DNA from: an uncultured Arcobacteraceae bacterium
Lineage (GTDB): Bacteria; Campylobacterota; Campylobacteria; Campylobacterales; Arcobacteraceae
Assembly (NCBI GenBank): GCA_964022095.1
Contig: CAXHZO010000001.1
Coordinates: forward strand, 1 to 64,000
Reading direction: 5' to 3'
DNA: 64,000 bases
A program made the translations under genes and the position numbers. Under the pieces are notes generated by a model. The model was not told the origin of the DNA. It ran no database searches and saw only the letters and a program-made list of their open reading frames with translations. Shown here in pieces: positions 53,535 to 64,000 of this stretch (its first letter is position 1; each line of letters opens with the position of its first letter).

Positions 53535-53594
53535 CAATTTTATTCTATACAAAATATACTTTTTTATTATATATTTAAAATAAAAAGAGAATAA

Positions 53595-54491
53595 ATGACT
53601 GAAACAAATAAAAACATTTTTTACTTCTTACTATTTTTTGCAATGATTGGATGGGGTGCTTCGTGGGTTAATATAAAAGTACTAAGTTCATATATAAATG
53701 AATTTGAAACTATGTTTTTTAGATTTTTTATAACAGCAATTACTATGATTCCAATAATCTTAGTTTTGAAAAAATCTTTTAAAATTGATTTAAAAAGTTT
53801 AGTACTAGTTGGTATAACTTCAATTGTGTTTATAGCTTATATGAAATATTTCTTTTTAGGTACAAAGTTTGGTACAGCATCACTAGGTGGGGCTTTTGTT
53901 ACAAGTTTAATTCCCATAAATACCTTTTTAATTTTAGCTTTATTAGGAACAAAAAAAATTACAAAAAAAGATAGTTTTGCTTTAGTTTTAGGAATAATAG
54001 GAGTTATGACTATCTTAAATGTTTGGTCTTTTAATTTAGATGAAATATTTGTTATTCATAATTTATACTTTATATTAGCTTCAATTCTTTGGCCAATAGT
54101 TACAATACTTAGTTCTAAATCAGTAAAAATTTCACCTATTGTTTTTACATTTTATTTGTATCTTGTGACTTCACTTTTAAATATAGTTTTCTTTGTAGAT
54201 TTAAAAACAATTGAATATACAAACTTTGATTGGATTTTTTATGTAAATGTTGCTTGCATCTCAATAGCTGCTTCAACTTTTGCAAATACAATTTATTTTT
54301 TAGGAATTGAAAAACTAGGTGCTAGAGAAGTTAGCTCTTTTATATTTTTAGTTCCCTTTGCAGCAATCACATTAAGTGCAATATTTTTAGAAGAAAAGAT
54401 TAGTTACTCAATTGTTATTGGAACTATAATGACAATATTTGCAGTAAAAATATTAAATGATATAAAAATCTTCAAGAATAAGAAGTTTTAA
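53595..54491 (+). CDS. DMT/EamA-family transporter
   Basis: WGASW, FFRF, about 10 TM segments. Confidence 0.88.
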   Translation: MTETNKNIFYFLLFFAMIGWGASWVNIKVLSSYINEFETMFFRFFITAITMIPIILVLKKSFKIDLKSLVLVGITSIVFIAYMKYFFLGTKFGTASLGGAFVTSLIPINTFLILALLGTKKITKKDSFALVLGIIGVMTILNVWSFNLDEIFVIHNLYFILASILWPIVTILSSKSVKISPIVFTFYLYLVTSLLNIVFFVDLKTIEYTNFDWIFYVNVACISIAASTFANTIYFLGIEKLGAREVSSFIFLVPFAAITLSAIFLEEKISYSIVIGTIMTIFAVKILNDIKIFKNKKF

Positions 54492-54496
54492 AACCT

Positions 54497-55354
54497 CTAT
54501 TCTTGTTTTTCTAAAACTTCTTTTGTAAGTTCACTTCCAAAGTTTATCAACTCATCAGCTCTATGAAAATCATAAAAATCACAAACATCACTAGGAATCT
54601 CTATCATTATATCAGGTCTATGAGATGCTAGTTGATGTCTAGAAATAACTTCTTGCATAGTCTCTATTGATTTATTTATAAGTTGAAAGTAACTCATATT
54701 TTCTTTCTTAGTAACATTTTTTTTAAAGAATTTTTGAATATTTTCTTCAATAAAACTTTGTTCTTTTTTTAGTATCTCTTTATGCTCTTTACTAACTTTT
54801 GTATCACTATTTAAATTAACTGCAATAATGAGATCTGTAAACTGTGAAGCAGTTGGTAAAATAGGTAGTGGATTTAAAATTCCACCATCAAATAAGAGTC
54901 TTTCATTTATTTCAATGGGTGTAAAAACAGTTGGTATTGCAATTGATGCTCTAATTGCATTTTTTAAACTTCCTTTTTGAAGCCAAACCTCTTTTTTATT
55001 TACAATATCCGTTGCAGTTGCTGTAAAATCAATATCTAAATCTTCAATACAAATATCACCAATAATCTCTTCAATTTTAGAAAAAACTTTATCAGCTTTT
55101 ATCATACCTGTACTTTTAAATGAAAAATCTACAAGTTTTAAAACATCGATAACATTAAAGTTTGATACCCACTGTTCATATTCATCTAATTTTCCTGCAG
55201 CATACAATCCACCAATTAAAGCTCCCATTGAAGAACCTGAAATTGATTTTATTTCATAACCTTGTTTTTCAAGCTGCTTTATTACTCCTATATGAGCATA
55301 ACCTCTAGCTCCACCACTTCCTAAAACTAGAGATACTGTTTTTTTATTTTCCAT
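54497..55354 (-). CDS. patatin-like phospholipase (RssA-like)
   Basis: LGSGGARGYAHIG, GSSMG, DGG. Confidence 0.92.
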   Translation of the reverse strand: MENKKTVSLVLGSGGARGYAHIGVIKQLEKQGYEIKSISGSSMGALIGGLYAAGKLDEYEQWVSNFNVIDVLKLVDFSFKSTGMIKADKVFSKIEEIIGDICIEDLDIDFTATATDIVNKKEVWLQKGSLKNAIRASIAIPTVFTPIEINERLLFDGGILNPLPILPTASQFTDLIIAVNLNSDTKVSKEHKEILKKEQSFIEENIQKFFKKNVTKKENMSYFQLINKSIETMQEVISRHQLASHRPDIMIEIPSDVCDFYDFHRADELINFGSELTKEVLEKQE

Positions 55355-55363
55355 TATAAATGC

Positions 55364-57430
55364 TTAAAAGCTCTCCCACTCATCATCATTTACATTTGAT
55401 GTAATTACTTTTGCAGGTTCACTTTTTGTTACTTTTTTAGCAACAGGTATTTCAAAAGAAGAATTTTGAGGGTTAGGTTTACTTTCTTCTTGTGAATCTA
55501 ATATAGATTTACTAATATCAGATGCTGTAATTTGAACACCTAAATCAACTTTCTTTGCTATTACACTATCTTTACCAGCAAACTCTTTTGCATTTGCATT
55601 TACTACAACAGTATGAGCTATAACTTCAGTAGACTCAGCAATACTTTTAGTATTTGCTGCAACTGCTGCATTTTGTTGTGTTTGTTTATCTAAAGAGTTT
55701 ACAGCATCATTAATTTGTGAAATTCCAGTTAATTGTTCTTTTGATGAACCTTCAACGTCTTTTATTAGTTCTAATGTTTTAGCGATATTTTCATTTAAGC
55801 CACTGTAACCTTCAATCATTTTTGAAGCAATTGATTTACCACTATTTGCTTTTTGTGTTGCATCCTCGACTAAATCTTTAATCTCTTTTGCAGCTTCTGC
55901 AGATCTTGCAGCTAAATTTCTAACTTCTTGTGCAACTACTGCAAATCCTTTTCCAGCTTCGCCAGCAGTTGCTGCTTCAACAGCTGCGTTTAGTGATAAA
56001 ATATTTGTTTGGAATGCAATCTGATCAATGATTGTAATTGCATCATTAATTGCTGTAACTTTATCATTAATTTCATCCATTGATGATGTTGTTTGAGCCG
56101 CTAACTTTTCACCTTCTGTTGAAGAAGTTGCTAAGTCATTTGCATAATTTGACATTTGGACTACTTTGCCATTGTCATTTGAAATAGTAGAAGTTATCTC
56201 TTCAAGTGCTGCTGCTGTTTCTTCTAAAGATGCAGCTGCTTGTGTTGATGAGTTACTTAAATCTTGAACATTATCCATAAGTGATTTAGAATTATCTTCT
56301 AGTGTTAATCCATTAGCTTTATTTTCAACTAACATTGTAGTAATTGCATCACCTAATTCATTTACTGCAACTGCAACTTTTCCATATGCATTCTCAAATC
56401 TTGGCGTATAATCATACTTACTAAAACTCTCTAAGATAAATAATAATCTATTTAAATCTCTTGCAATTGTATTTTCTAAATAATCTTGTAATTCAATAAG
56501 TAGTTTTTTAAGCTCAATAAGACTTGGAGAGTTTGAGTCTTTTTGTATTTTTGCTAACATATTTCCTGATTTTAATTCTTCTACAAATCTTGTTACATCA
56601 GCAATAAACTCTTCATCTTTAAAAATATCTTTTTGAGTTTTTTGGATATTTGCATTTATAACTTTTGACATATTACCTATATCATCATTACTACTATCAT
56701 CTAATAATTCAACATCTTTTGTCTCTTTATTTAAAAAATCGAAAAAATCAATCAAACCTTTTTGGAAAGACTCTAATTTTGGAACAGTTTTATAATATAA
56801 AATTACATAACCTATTGCAATAAACACAAGTAATAAAATCCCTAAGAAGATATTTAAAATAATTGCTGTGTGCAAAGACTTTTCAATATCAACTGAGATT
56901 GTTGTATTTTCCTTAAGCTCAAAGTTAATTATTTCATCAAGTTCACTAGATACTTTTTCTACATAAGGGTCAAATTTTTCCATCATTTTATTACCTGCTG
57001 TTGGACCTTGTTTTATATAAACATTTGCCATTTTTTTGCCCATTTCGTAAAATGCAGATATGTCACTTCTTATTTCATTTAAATTATCGACTTGATTAGT
57101 ATGTCCATTGTTTTTATGCAATTGGATTAATTTATCAATATTTTTATTAGTTAAATCAAAATAGTTTTTAGCTTCAGTAAAACCATCATCATAACCTTCA
57201 GCACCTCTTGTTGCTGAAATATCAGTAAGCCATTGTTGTACTTGAATAACATTTTTTTGTAAATTTAAAAGCTCAAAACTAATAGGTAAAATATCTTTTT
57301 CTTGTTTTAATACTTTTTTATTTACGCTTTGTAAATCATAGTAATTTATTGCCATACTAAAAACTGCTACAATAGTAACAATAGTTGCTACAACAATCAT
57401 TGTTCCTTTAATCGTCAAATTCTTAAACAT
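55364..57430 (-). CDS. methyl-accepting chemotaxis protein
   Basis: Two TM segments; [35 protein letters not shown]-terminal EWESF pentapeptide. Confidence 0.95.
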   Translation of the reverse strand: MFKNLTIKGTMIVVATIVTIVAVFSMAINYYDLQSVNKKVLKQEKDILPISFELLNLQKNVIQVQQWLTDISATRGAEGYDDGFTEAKNYFDLTNKNIDKLIQLHKNNGHTNQVDNLNEIRSDISAFYEMGKKMANVYIKQGPTAGNKMMEKFDPYVEKVSSELDEIINFELKENTTISVDIEKSLHTAIILNIFLGILLLVFIAIGYVILYYKTVPKLESFQKGLIDFFDFLNKETKDVELLDDSSNDDIGNMSKVINANIQKTQKDIFKDEEFIADVTRFVEELKSGNMLAKIQKDSNSPSLIELKKLLIELQDYLENTIARDLNRLLFILESFSKYDYTPRFENAYGKVAVAVNELGDAITTMLVENKANGLTLEDNSKSLMDNVQDLSNSSTQAAASLEETAAALEEITSTISNDNGKVVQMSNYANDLATSSTEGEKLAAQTTSSMDEINDKVTAINDAITIIDQIAFQTNILSLNAAVEAATAGEAGKGFAVVAQEVRNLAARSAEAAKEIKDLVEDATQKANSGKSIASKMIEGYSGLNENIAKTLELIKDVEGSSKEQLTGISQINDAVNSLDKQTQQNAAVAANTKSIAESTEVIAHTVVVNANAKEFAGKDSVIAKKVDLGVQITASDISKSILDSQEESKPNPQNSSFEIPVAKKVTKSEPAKVITSNVNDDEWESF

Positions 57431-57453
57431 TCTCTTTCCTTTTTATTTCTTAT

Positions 57454-58158
57454 TTATCTAGGGTAAAAACAGTTATTAATATCTATTGTAATACCGTTTA
57501 TATATTCTGGACAGTCAGTAGCTAACCAAACAATAGCTTTTGCTACTTCTTCTGGTTCAGCAAATCTGTTTGTAACAACTGCAGATTTAAATGCTTTTTT
57601 TCTAGCTTCATCATTATCTTTTTGCATTCCAGTTTCTGCTGCACTTGGGGCAACACAATTTACTGTAATACCATCTGGTCCTAATAATTTTGCATAAATT
57701 TTTGTTGCATTTATAAGTCCAGCTTTTGCAATACCATACCAAACATCAGGGTGGCCTATTTGTCCAGCAATAGAAGCTGTATTTACAATCCTTCCTGATT
57801 TTTTCTTTTTCATTGAAACACTAACTAAATTCATAAGTTCAACAGGAGTGTATAAGTCAACATTCATTAAATGTTCTTTTGCATCTTTAGGGTAGTTATC
57901 ATAAGTATATTTTGGCTGCATATAACCTGCATTATTGATTAGGATATCAACATCTCCTACTTCTTGCATAAGTTGTGGTAAACCTTCAACATTAGATAAA
58001 TCATACTCTATTGCTGTAACCTTTTCAACTCCTACTAGTGGACAATCAGCAAAATCTCTTGCAACAATAGTGATTTCATATCCAAACTCAAGCATAGCTC
58101 GTGATACAGCTAATCCAATTCCTTTATTTCCGCCAGTAATCAGTACTTTTTTTGACAT
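57454..58158 (-). CDS. SDR-family oxidoreductase
   Basis: TGGNKGIG, NNAG, YGIAK. Confidence 0.92.
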   Translation of the reverse strand: MSKKVLITGGNKGIGLAVSRAMLEFGYEITIVARDFADCPLVGVEKVTAIEYDLSNVEGLPQLMQEVGDVDILINNAGYMQPKYTYDNYPKDAKEHLMNVDLYTPVELMNLVSVSMKKKKSGRIVNTASIAGQIGHPDVWYGIAKAGLINATKIYAKLLGPDGITVNCVAPSAAETGMQKDNDEARKKAFKSAVVTNRFAEPEEVAKAIVWLATDCPEYINGITIDINNCFYPR

Positions 58159-58296
58159 TGCTCTCCCAAAAAATAAATATAAATTATTATATATAAAAAA
58201 GCATTAAATAATAATCAGAAGTAACTTTATAAGTATAGATAAAGTAGATGAGAAAAAGTATAAATAACTAAATGAAAAGTAGTTATATCTTTAGAA

Positions 58297-58986
58297 TTAG
58301 CTTTTAAGTAGTTTTAAAATTCTATCTTTTTCATTTTTTTTGCAACTGTAAATATCTCTTTTTGTTCTTGAACTTTTAAAACAGTTTAATGTTTTTGAGA
58401 AAATAAAAATTTTATCTTTTGAGTTATCAAGCTTAGCCATTTCAACTCTTATTTCATATCTACTAACCAATTCATTTTTGCTAATAATATTTTTTAATCT
58501 TGGATTATCTTCATATGATAGAAATATTTTCTCTAAATTTACTAATTCATTATGCTTACAGGCATTTATGTTTTTTAGTTTTCTTGATTTTTTTATACAA
58601 GTTAATGTTTCAGATAATAATTGTTTTTTTCTTTTTAGTTTTGTTTTTCTTAGTTTTGAGTTATACTCAATTAATAATCTATTTTTTTGAACTATAAACT
58701 CTCTGCTACTATCAAAATCTCTATTAATGTGATCCATCAATCTTTTATGTTCATTAGCTTTACAAACATCAATTTCCCCAGTACTTCTAGAGTTTTTAAT
58801 ACAAGAAAGTGTTTGATTTAGTACTTTAAATCTTAGACTTTTTTTATCAAGTTTTGCTAGCTCAACTCTAATTTCATATCTATTTATTAATTCTTCTTTT
58901 TTATTTTCTAATTCTTTAAATTGATTTTGATAATTTCCAAATAGGTTGATTGTAAGTAATAATAGTATTAAAAAAGAATATTTGAT
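58297..58986 (-). CDS. exported hypothetical protein with three Cx12C repeats (apparent ATC start)
   Basis: Frame is open 82 codons above the ORF-track start; signal peptide (M)KYSFLILLLLTINLFG after an AAGGA SD. Confidence 0.65.
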   Translation of the reverse strand: MKYSFLILLLLTINLFGNYQNQFKELENKKEELINRYEIRVELAKLDKKSLRFKVLNQTLSCIKNSRSTGEIDVCKANEHKRLMDHINRDFDSSREFIVQKNRLLIEYNSKLRKTKLKRKKQLLSETLTCIKKSRKLKNINACKHNELVNLEKIFLSYEDNPRLKNIISKNELVSRYEIRVEMAKLDNSKDKIFIFSKTLNCFKSSRTKRDIYSCKKNEKDRILKLLKS

Positions 58987-59046
58987 GTATCTTCCTTACT
59001 TTTTAACTAATAATACAAGAAAAAAGACAATAAGTAAATAAACTAT

Positions 59047-60168
59047 TTACTTATTGTTTAAAAGATGTTCATATTTCTCATCAGTTAAAAGTTTCATAAA
59101 GGCAACTAATGCTTCTACTTTTCTATCACTTAGTTTTTTTGCTTTTAATTCTTCTAGAGAAATAGTATCTTTTACTTCTGGCTCATCCCACTCTTTTCTA
59201 GTCTCAGGATTTATAGTTCTATCTTTATTATTGTATTTATCATAAAACTCTACTACCGTTTTTAAATCTTTAAATACACCATTATGCATATAAGGAGAAG
59301 TTACAGCTATATTTCTTAGTGTTGGAGTTTTATATTTACCTTTTTGATTTATATCATTTACACTTGGATTGGCTAATAACCCATCATCTTTTAGTTTAAC
59401 TGCATTTTTAGCTCTTAAAATTTTATTTACAGGAACTCCAATATTGTGAAACTCATAGTTTGTAAATGTTTCTCTTGGTGCATCTTCTTTTTTTAGGACA
59501 TGGCAATTTGCACAAGAGTTGTTATTATTTGAGAAAAATATTGTTCTACCTAAATCTTCTAAAACTGTTAAATCATACTCACCTTTTAAAAACTTGTCAT
59601 ACTTTGAATCAAAAGGCGAAAACTGTTCTGTTCTTTCAAAAGTAGCAATTGCACTTGTCATAGCATCATAAGCTTTTTCATCGCTACTGAAAATATTCTC
59701 TCCAAATAGTTCTTTAAAAGTTGATACATAATAACTATTCTCTTTTAATCTTTTTACAACTTCTTTTTTTGAAGCCATTCCCATTTCAATTGGATTTAGT
59801 GGTGGCCCACCTGCTTGCTCTTCTAAAGTATTTACTCTACCATCCCAAAACTGACCACCTTTGTAAACTTTTTTTACTTTATCAAAATGAAACTTTGGTG
59901 AAAACTTTGCATATGCGGCAATTGGAGCATTTCTATCTCCAAGGGATTTTCCATCATCCCCTAAAGATGCCATCTTTGAAATTCCATTTTCTCTATTATC
60001 AACAAAACCTGCATTTGGATTATGACAAGTTGCACAAGACATTGTTCTATTTTTAGATAGGTTTTTATCTAAAAATAGTGCTTGACCTAAGTTTTCTTTT
60101 ACAGCATTTTCACTACTTGCTCCTACACAAAATGAAAATACAAATAATACACCTACTAAATATTTCAT
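59047..60168 (-). CDS. di-heme cytochrome c peroxidase/MauG family
   Basis: CATCH, QFWDGR, CANCH, KTPTLRNIAVTSPYMHNG. Confidence 0.92.
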   Translation of the reverse strand: MKYLVGVLFVFSFCVGASSENAVKENLGQALFLDKNLSKNRTMSCATCHNPNAGFVDNRENGISKMASLGDDGKSLGDRNAPIAAYAKFSPKFHFDKVKKVYKGGQFWDGRVNTLEEQAGGPPLNPIEMGMASKKEVVKRLKENSYYVSTFKELFGENIFSSDEKAYDAMTSAIATFERTEQFSPFDSKYDKFLKGEYDLTVLEDLGRTIFFSNNNNSCANCHVLKKEDAPRETFTNYEFHNIGVPVNKILRAKNAVKLKDDGLLANPSVNDINQKGKYKTPTLRNIAVTSPYMHNGVFKDLKTVVEFYDKYNNKDRTINPETRKEWDEPEVKDTISLEELKAKKLSDRKVEALVAFMKLLTDEKYEHLLNNK

Positions 60169-61082
60169 ATTTTTCTCCTACTTTTTATTAAAATTAATAC
60201 ATTTAAAAATGGCTTTATCAATACTTTTGAAATAGAATTATAATCACTCATTTGCTCAGCTTTAAGTCCAAACTTTAATGCTTTTACTTCATTTGATAGT
60301 TTTAAACTTCCAAATAAATTATCCCAAATAGCTAAATATCCACCATAATTTTTATTAAAAAACTTCTTACTATGATGAATTTGATGCTGTTTTGGTGAGA
60401 TAAAAAGTTTCTCTAAATATCTTCCATAAGAAAATGGAACATGTGAATGTCTTAAATTTGAACCAAAAATTGAAAATAAAAATAAAATCACATTAACACC
60501 TAGTATCATTTTTATATTTATCATTGCGCCAAAGAAGTAAATAAACACTCCCGTAACTAAACCAATACTTAAACTGTATCTAATACCAAATAGTAAATTC
60601 TCAACTGGATGCACTCTATAAAATGTAAAAGGTGTTAATACTTTTGCACTATGATGAACTTTGTGAAATTCCCATAAAAAAGGAATTGTATGTAAAAGTC
60701 TATGTAGCCAATATCTAGTAAAATCACTTACTAAAAATAAACTCAATGTATACATCACAGTAATTTGTCCATAAGAAAACATTGTATTTTGAAAATAATC
60801 AAACTGTAAGAATAAAAATTTATTTACACTTAAAGCAATAGTTTTTGCACTTAAAATTAATGGTATTAGCAATAACATATTTATAAAATAAGATAAGAAA
60901 AAATAGTAGTAATCTAACTTTGCACTAGGATGTAACCATAGTTTTGCAGAAGTAATTAATCTACTACTTTTTTTTGTATAATAAAAATATCCTATTGCTA
61001 ATAACACAGAAGTAATAATATAAATCCAGTATAATCTCTTACCTGGATTTATAAAATACTCTAAAGCGAAAAAATCATTCAC
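60165..61082 (-). CDS. sterol desaturase/fatty acid hydroxylase-family protein
   Basis: His boxes HRLLH, HKVHH, HQIHH. Confidence 0.9.
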   Translation of the reverse strand: MNDFFALEYFINPGKRLYWIYIITSVLLAIGYFYYTKKSSRLITSAKLWLHPSAKLDYYYFFLSYFINMLLLIPLILSAKTIALSVNKFLFLQFDYFQNTMFSYGQITVMYTLSLFLVSDFTRYWLHRLLHTIPFLWEFHKVHHSAKVLTPFTFYRVHPVENLLFGIRYSLSIGLVTGVFIYFFGAMINIKMILGVNVILFLFSIFGSNLRHSHVPFSYGRYLEKLFISPKQHQIHHSKKFFNKNYGGYLAIWDNLFGSLKLSNEVKALKFGLKAEQMSDYNSISKVLIKPFLNVLILIKSRRKI

Positions 61083-61084
61083 AA

Positions 61085-62032
61085 TTAGTCACCATCAGCA
61101 TCTAAAATTTTTGCAGTTACTGATAATTGAGTTGTTAAAGAAAGATAATATGCATTATGTAGTTCAACTGCACTTTTATATAACTTTTTTGCATTTGAAA
61201 AATCATCATTTTTTATTTCCAATAAAGATTTTTTAATAGCTGCAATTGCATTTTGTATTTCTAAAATCTCTTTTGAAGCATCACTATCATTTGCCATACT
61301 TGCAAAATTATAATATGGTTTATTTCCAACTGCTTCTTCATGAGCATTTACAATTGCTTCAATTGCATGAAAAGAGTTTTTACTTAAAAAATACTCTGCT
61401 CTTTTATTATCTAAATCACCTTCATATTTTGAACTCAAACCAGCAGGGTCACCTATTCTCCACTCTTTTAGTTTATAAGTAGAAGCAATTAATGTATTTA
61501 AAATAACTGCATTTTCCCATTTTTCTTCTTTTTGTTCACCAATTAAATAGTTTTCATAAACCTCTTTTATATCAGATAAATGAGATATTAAACTATTAAT
61601 CACAACATTACTTAACTCTTTTTCTCTTTGAGTTATTTTTTCATCATTAAAAAGTAAATATTCAAGTGCATTTATTGATTTAAAAGAGTTTTTAAATAAC
61701 GCAATACTTGCGTCATCTTTTGAATCAATTGCTCTTTGCATTTGTGCTTTTAAATCTTCATTTAAATTATGAAAAACATCAATATATCTTGGAGTATCAA
61801 TATAATCTTCATTTATATCCCCAGCAAAATATAGAGCTTGAACTCTTTTCCATGATCTTAAAAAACTTTCAAAATCTTCTTTTGAATAACTCTTTTTTAG
61901 TTTTTTTGCATCACTTATTGCACCATGAACATCAACTAAAGATACATTTTTTAGTATTGAGGTAAATGCCCTATCTTGAGCAAATAGAACACTACATGTA
62001 ATAGCTAAAATCACTAATATTTTTTTCATCAT
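61085..62032 (-). CDS. imelysin-family protein
   Basis: Signal peptide, KSINALEYLLF, C-terminal DADGD. Confidence 0.8.
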   Translation of the reverse strand: MMKKILVILAITCSVLFAQDRAFTSILKNVSLVDVHGAISDAKKLKKSYSKEDFESFLRSWKRVQALYFAGDINEDYIDTPRYIDVFHNLNEDLKAQMQRAIDSKDDASIALFKNSFKSINALEYLLFNDEKITQREKELSNVVINSLISHLSDIKEVYENYLIGEQKEEKWENAVILNTLIASTYKLKEWRIGDPAGLSSKYEGDLDNKRAEYFLSKNSFHAIEAIVNAHEEAVGNKPYYNFASMANDSDASKEILEIQNAIAAIKKSLLEIKNDDFSNAKKLYKSAVELHNAYYLSLTTQLSVTAKILDADGD

Positions 62033-63423
62033 AATCCTTTTAAGAAGTTAATTAACTTAACTCTTTTTTCTTTTTTTAATTTCATATAATTCTCTTTTGA
62101 TTTTTTTGCTTCGCCACCATGCCATAAAATTGCTTCTTGAAAATCTCTAGCTCTTCCATCGTGTAAAAGTCTTGGTTTTACTTTATTTATTTTTTCATGA
62201 AGTGCTAATCCCCAAAGTGGTGCCGTTCTAAATTCACTTTTAGTTGCATCAAACTCAACTCTACCATCTGCTAAATTTTTACCCATATCATGAAGTAAAA
62301 AATCTGAAAAAGGTTTTATTTCTTTTTTATTTATAGTTTTAAAACTACTAATATGACACTTGGCACAATCAAGTTTTGTGAAAATATCTAAGCCCTCTTT
62401 ATACTTTTCATCTTCTTTTGCACTATAAGTTTTTAGATTGCTTATATAAAAAGTCATAGCATCTAATCTATGATCAGGTATGTCAATAACATCTTTTGCT
62501 TTTGGTGCTTTTAAACACTCTTGCTGATATTGTGTGCAGTTTTCATTTCTATTTAAGGATGTAGTTAATCCCATATCATTATTCGCTGCATTTGCAACTT
62601 GCTCTTTTATTGTTGAAACACTTGCTTTCCATGTGTATCTTCCAAGCTCTTTTTTACCTGTGATTTTTGATATAACAAAATTTGGTTTCCCACTTATTCC
62701 ATCATTATCACTATCATTTATATCAGCATTTTTTAAAATATCTTCATCACTTATTTGTGATATTAGTCCCATACCATTTAAACTATTTGCCATACGATAT
62801 GAGATATTTACATCTTTATGTAATGAACCATAATTTAAATCTTTTAAATTATAAACTGGTTTTAACAAAATATCAATTTCACCATCAGGAAATTTAACTT
62901 CAATCTGCTCAAATTTCAAATCAGCCCTTCCTTCAAAAGGTACTCCATGAACTCCATTAATTGATATTTGAGAACCATATACTGGTTCAGGAACAAACCC
63001 TATATTTGCAAGATAGTTTTTATGTAATTCGCTTCCATTTGAACTTATTGAAGCTTTTAAAACTAAACTTCTTGAAGCATTACCTTTTTTTGAATATAAA
63101 TTTCCTCTTCCATTTCCGGGATGACAACTAACACAAGTATTTGCATCAAATAAAGGACCTAATCCATCTCTTGCAGTTGTAACACTAGGTGCTTCAACCC
63201 AAGGAATTACAAAAAAACTTCTACCTAAAATAAATTTATCATACTGTTCATCACTTAATTTTGTTGAAGGATTAAGTAATAATGACTTATTTTTATCATT
63301 TGATAAATATTCGCCTTGGGTATTAACGACCAAAAGCCCTGTAGCTAAAGTAGCTACAAGGCTTTTGTAAATAGGGAGTTTTTTTACTAAACTTTTAAAA
63401 TTATAATTGTGTTTCTTCAGCAT
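62029..63423 (-). CDS. di-heme oxidoreductase (DHOR) family protein
   Basis: ARDGLGPLF..TCVSCH, DSDNDGISG, CAKCH, DFLLHDMG, RTAPLWG, LLHDGRAR, AILWHGGE. Confidence 0.9.
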   Translation of the reverse strand: MLKKHNYNFKSLVKKLPIYKSLVATLATGLLVVNTQGEYLSNDKNKSLLLNPSTKLSDEQYDKFILGRSFFVIPWVEAPSVTTARDGLGPLFDANTCVSCHPGNGRGNLYSKKGNASRSLVLKASISSNGSELHKNYLANIGFVPEPVYGSQISINGVHGVPFEGRADLKFEQIEVKFPDGEIDILLKPVYNLKDLNYGSLHKDVNISYRMANSLNGMGLISQISDEDILKNADINDSDNDGISGKPNFVISKITGKKELGRYTWKASVSTIKEQVANAANNDMGLTTSLNRNENCTQYQQECLKAPKAKDVIDIPDHRLDAMTFYISNLKTYSAKEDEKYKEGLDIFTKLDCAKCHISSFKTINKKEIKPFSDFLLHDMGKNLADGRVEFDATKSEFRTAPLWGLALHEKINKVKPRLLHDGRARDFQEAILWHGGEAKKSKENYMKLKKEKRVKLINFLKGL

Positions 63424-64000
63424 CCGTCACATCTTCAGTTGTAAGACTAATACCATTTGCATTTGCTACTGTTACCATCTCATCACCAAGTTTTCTCATT
63501 TCATTTTTAAGTTTTACAATAACTTTTGCCATTTTATTATCTGGTCTAATTTGATAATCAAAGTGCGCTTGAGTTTTAGCAACCTCATCAATTTGGTTAA
63601 TTTTTGCTTCAATTGAAGACATAAGTTTTTCAATCTTTGCTTTTGATTCAGTATCAACTGCATCTAATAGTGATGGTCCAAAACTTTTACCCTCATAAGT
63701 TGAAGTTAAAATATTTTTAAATCCTAAATAGTTTGTTAAGATATCTCTGTGTGTATTATCTGAAAAACAAGAGTGTTCATCTTCTTCAGATGGAGTTAAT
63801 ACTGCAACTGCGATTCTTTCATTTGCAAGTTCAGATTTGATAAATACACCAAGTCCTGAAATTACTTGTTTGATTGCTTCATTTTCACTTATATTTTTTC
63901 CTACATTCACACCATCAAGTTTTCCTAAAAATGCTGCAGCATATAAACCAGTATCACCATTTAGTTTTGGTTCCCAAGCACCTTTAATTACTTCTAAATC
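63401..64000 (-). CDS. imelysin/IrpA-like iron-regulated protein, 3' part
   Basis: SELANER...EEDEHSCFSDNTHRDI; the frame continues beyond the ORF-track start to the window edge. Confidence 0.85.
   Translation of the reverse strand, partial: DLEVIKGAWEPKLNGDTGLYAAAFLGKLDGVNVGKNISENEAIKQVISGLGVFIKSELANERIAVAVLTPSEEDEHSCFSDNTHRDILTNYLGFKNILTSTYEGKSFGPSLLDAVDTESKAKIEKLMSSIEAKINQIDEVAKTQAHFDYQIRPDNKMAKVIVKLKNEMRKLGDEMVTVANANGISLTTEDVTDAEETQL

Overview
AT-rich bacterial chromosome segment. Gene content and style (epsilon-type NifU, AAGGA Shine-Dalgarno sites, TATAAT-dominated promoters) suggest Campylobacterota, most likely Arcobacteraceae (inference). The window is dominated by metal, redox and nitric-oxide stress functions. 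In order it holds: argH (partial); a TonB receptor-YfiR-like-GGDEF/EAL module; NIF (nifSU) and SUF Fe-S assembly systems; an nhaA-response regulator-kinase operon; a cNOR cluster (norEFCBDQ) with nnrS and accessory genes; an RND efflux operon; selO/ydiU, hemerythrin and peroxiredoxin; two trans-sulfuration enzymes; a zinc-uptake locus; a second nhaA; and an imelysin/di-heme oxidoreductase/cytochrome c peroxidase cluster. Reading outside the ORF track gave the main findings. (1) A signal-peptide-bearing thioredoxin with an in-frame TGA in its active site (UGSC) and a SECIS-like hairpin, i.e. a probable unannotated selenoprotein. (2) The ~10.7 kb nor/NO-stress block lies between the two halves of a broken yjbQ gene, with an IS3 remnant at one edge. 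(3) A 25-aa hydrophobic peptide gene shares the promoter layout of the nhaA-two-component operon. (4) Several recurring operator motifs define candidate regulons (Nss/Fnr-type, Zur-type, Rrf2-type, Fe-S/peroxide). (5) Two genes appear to start at non-canonical ATT/ATC codons. No rRNA, tRNA or CRISPR array was recognised. All family assignments come from my recognition of motifs; no database search was run.
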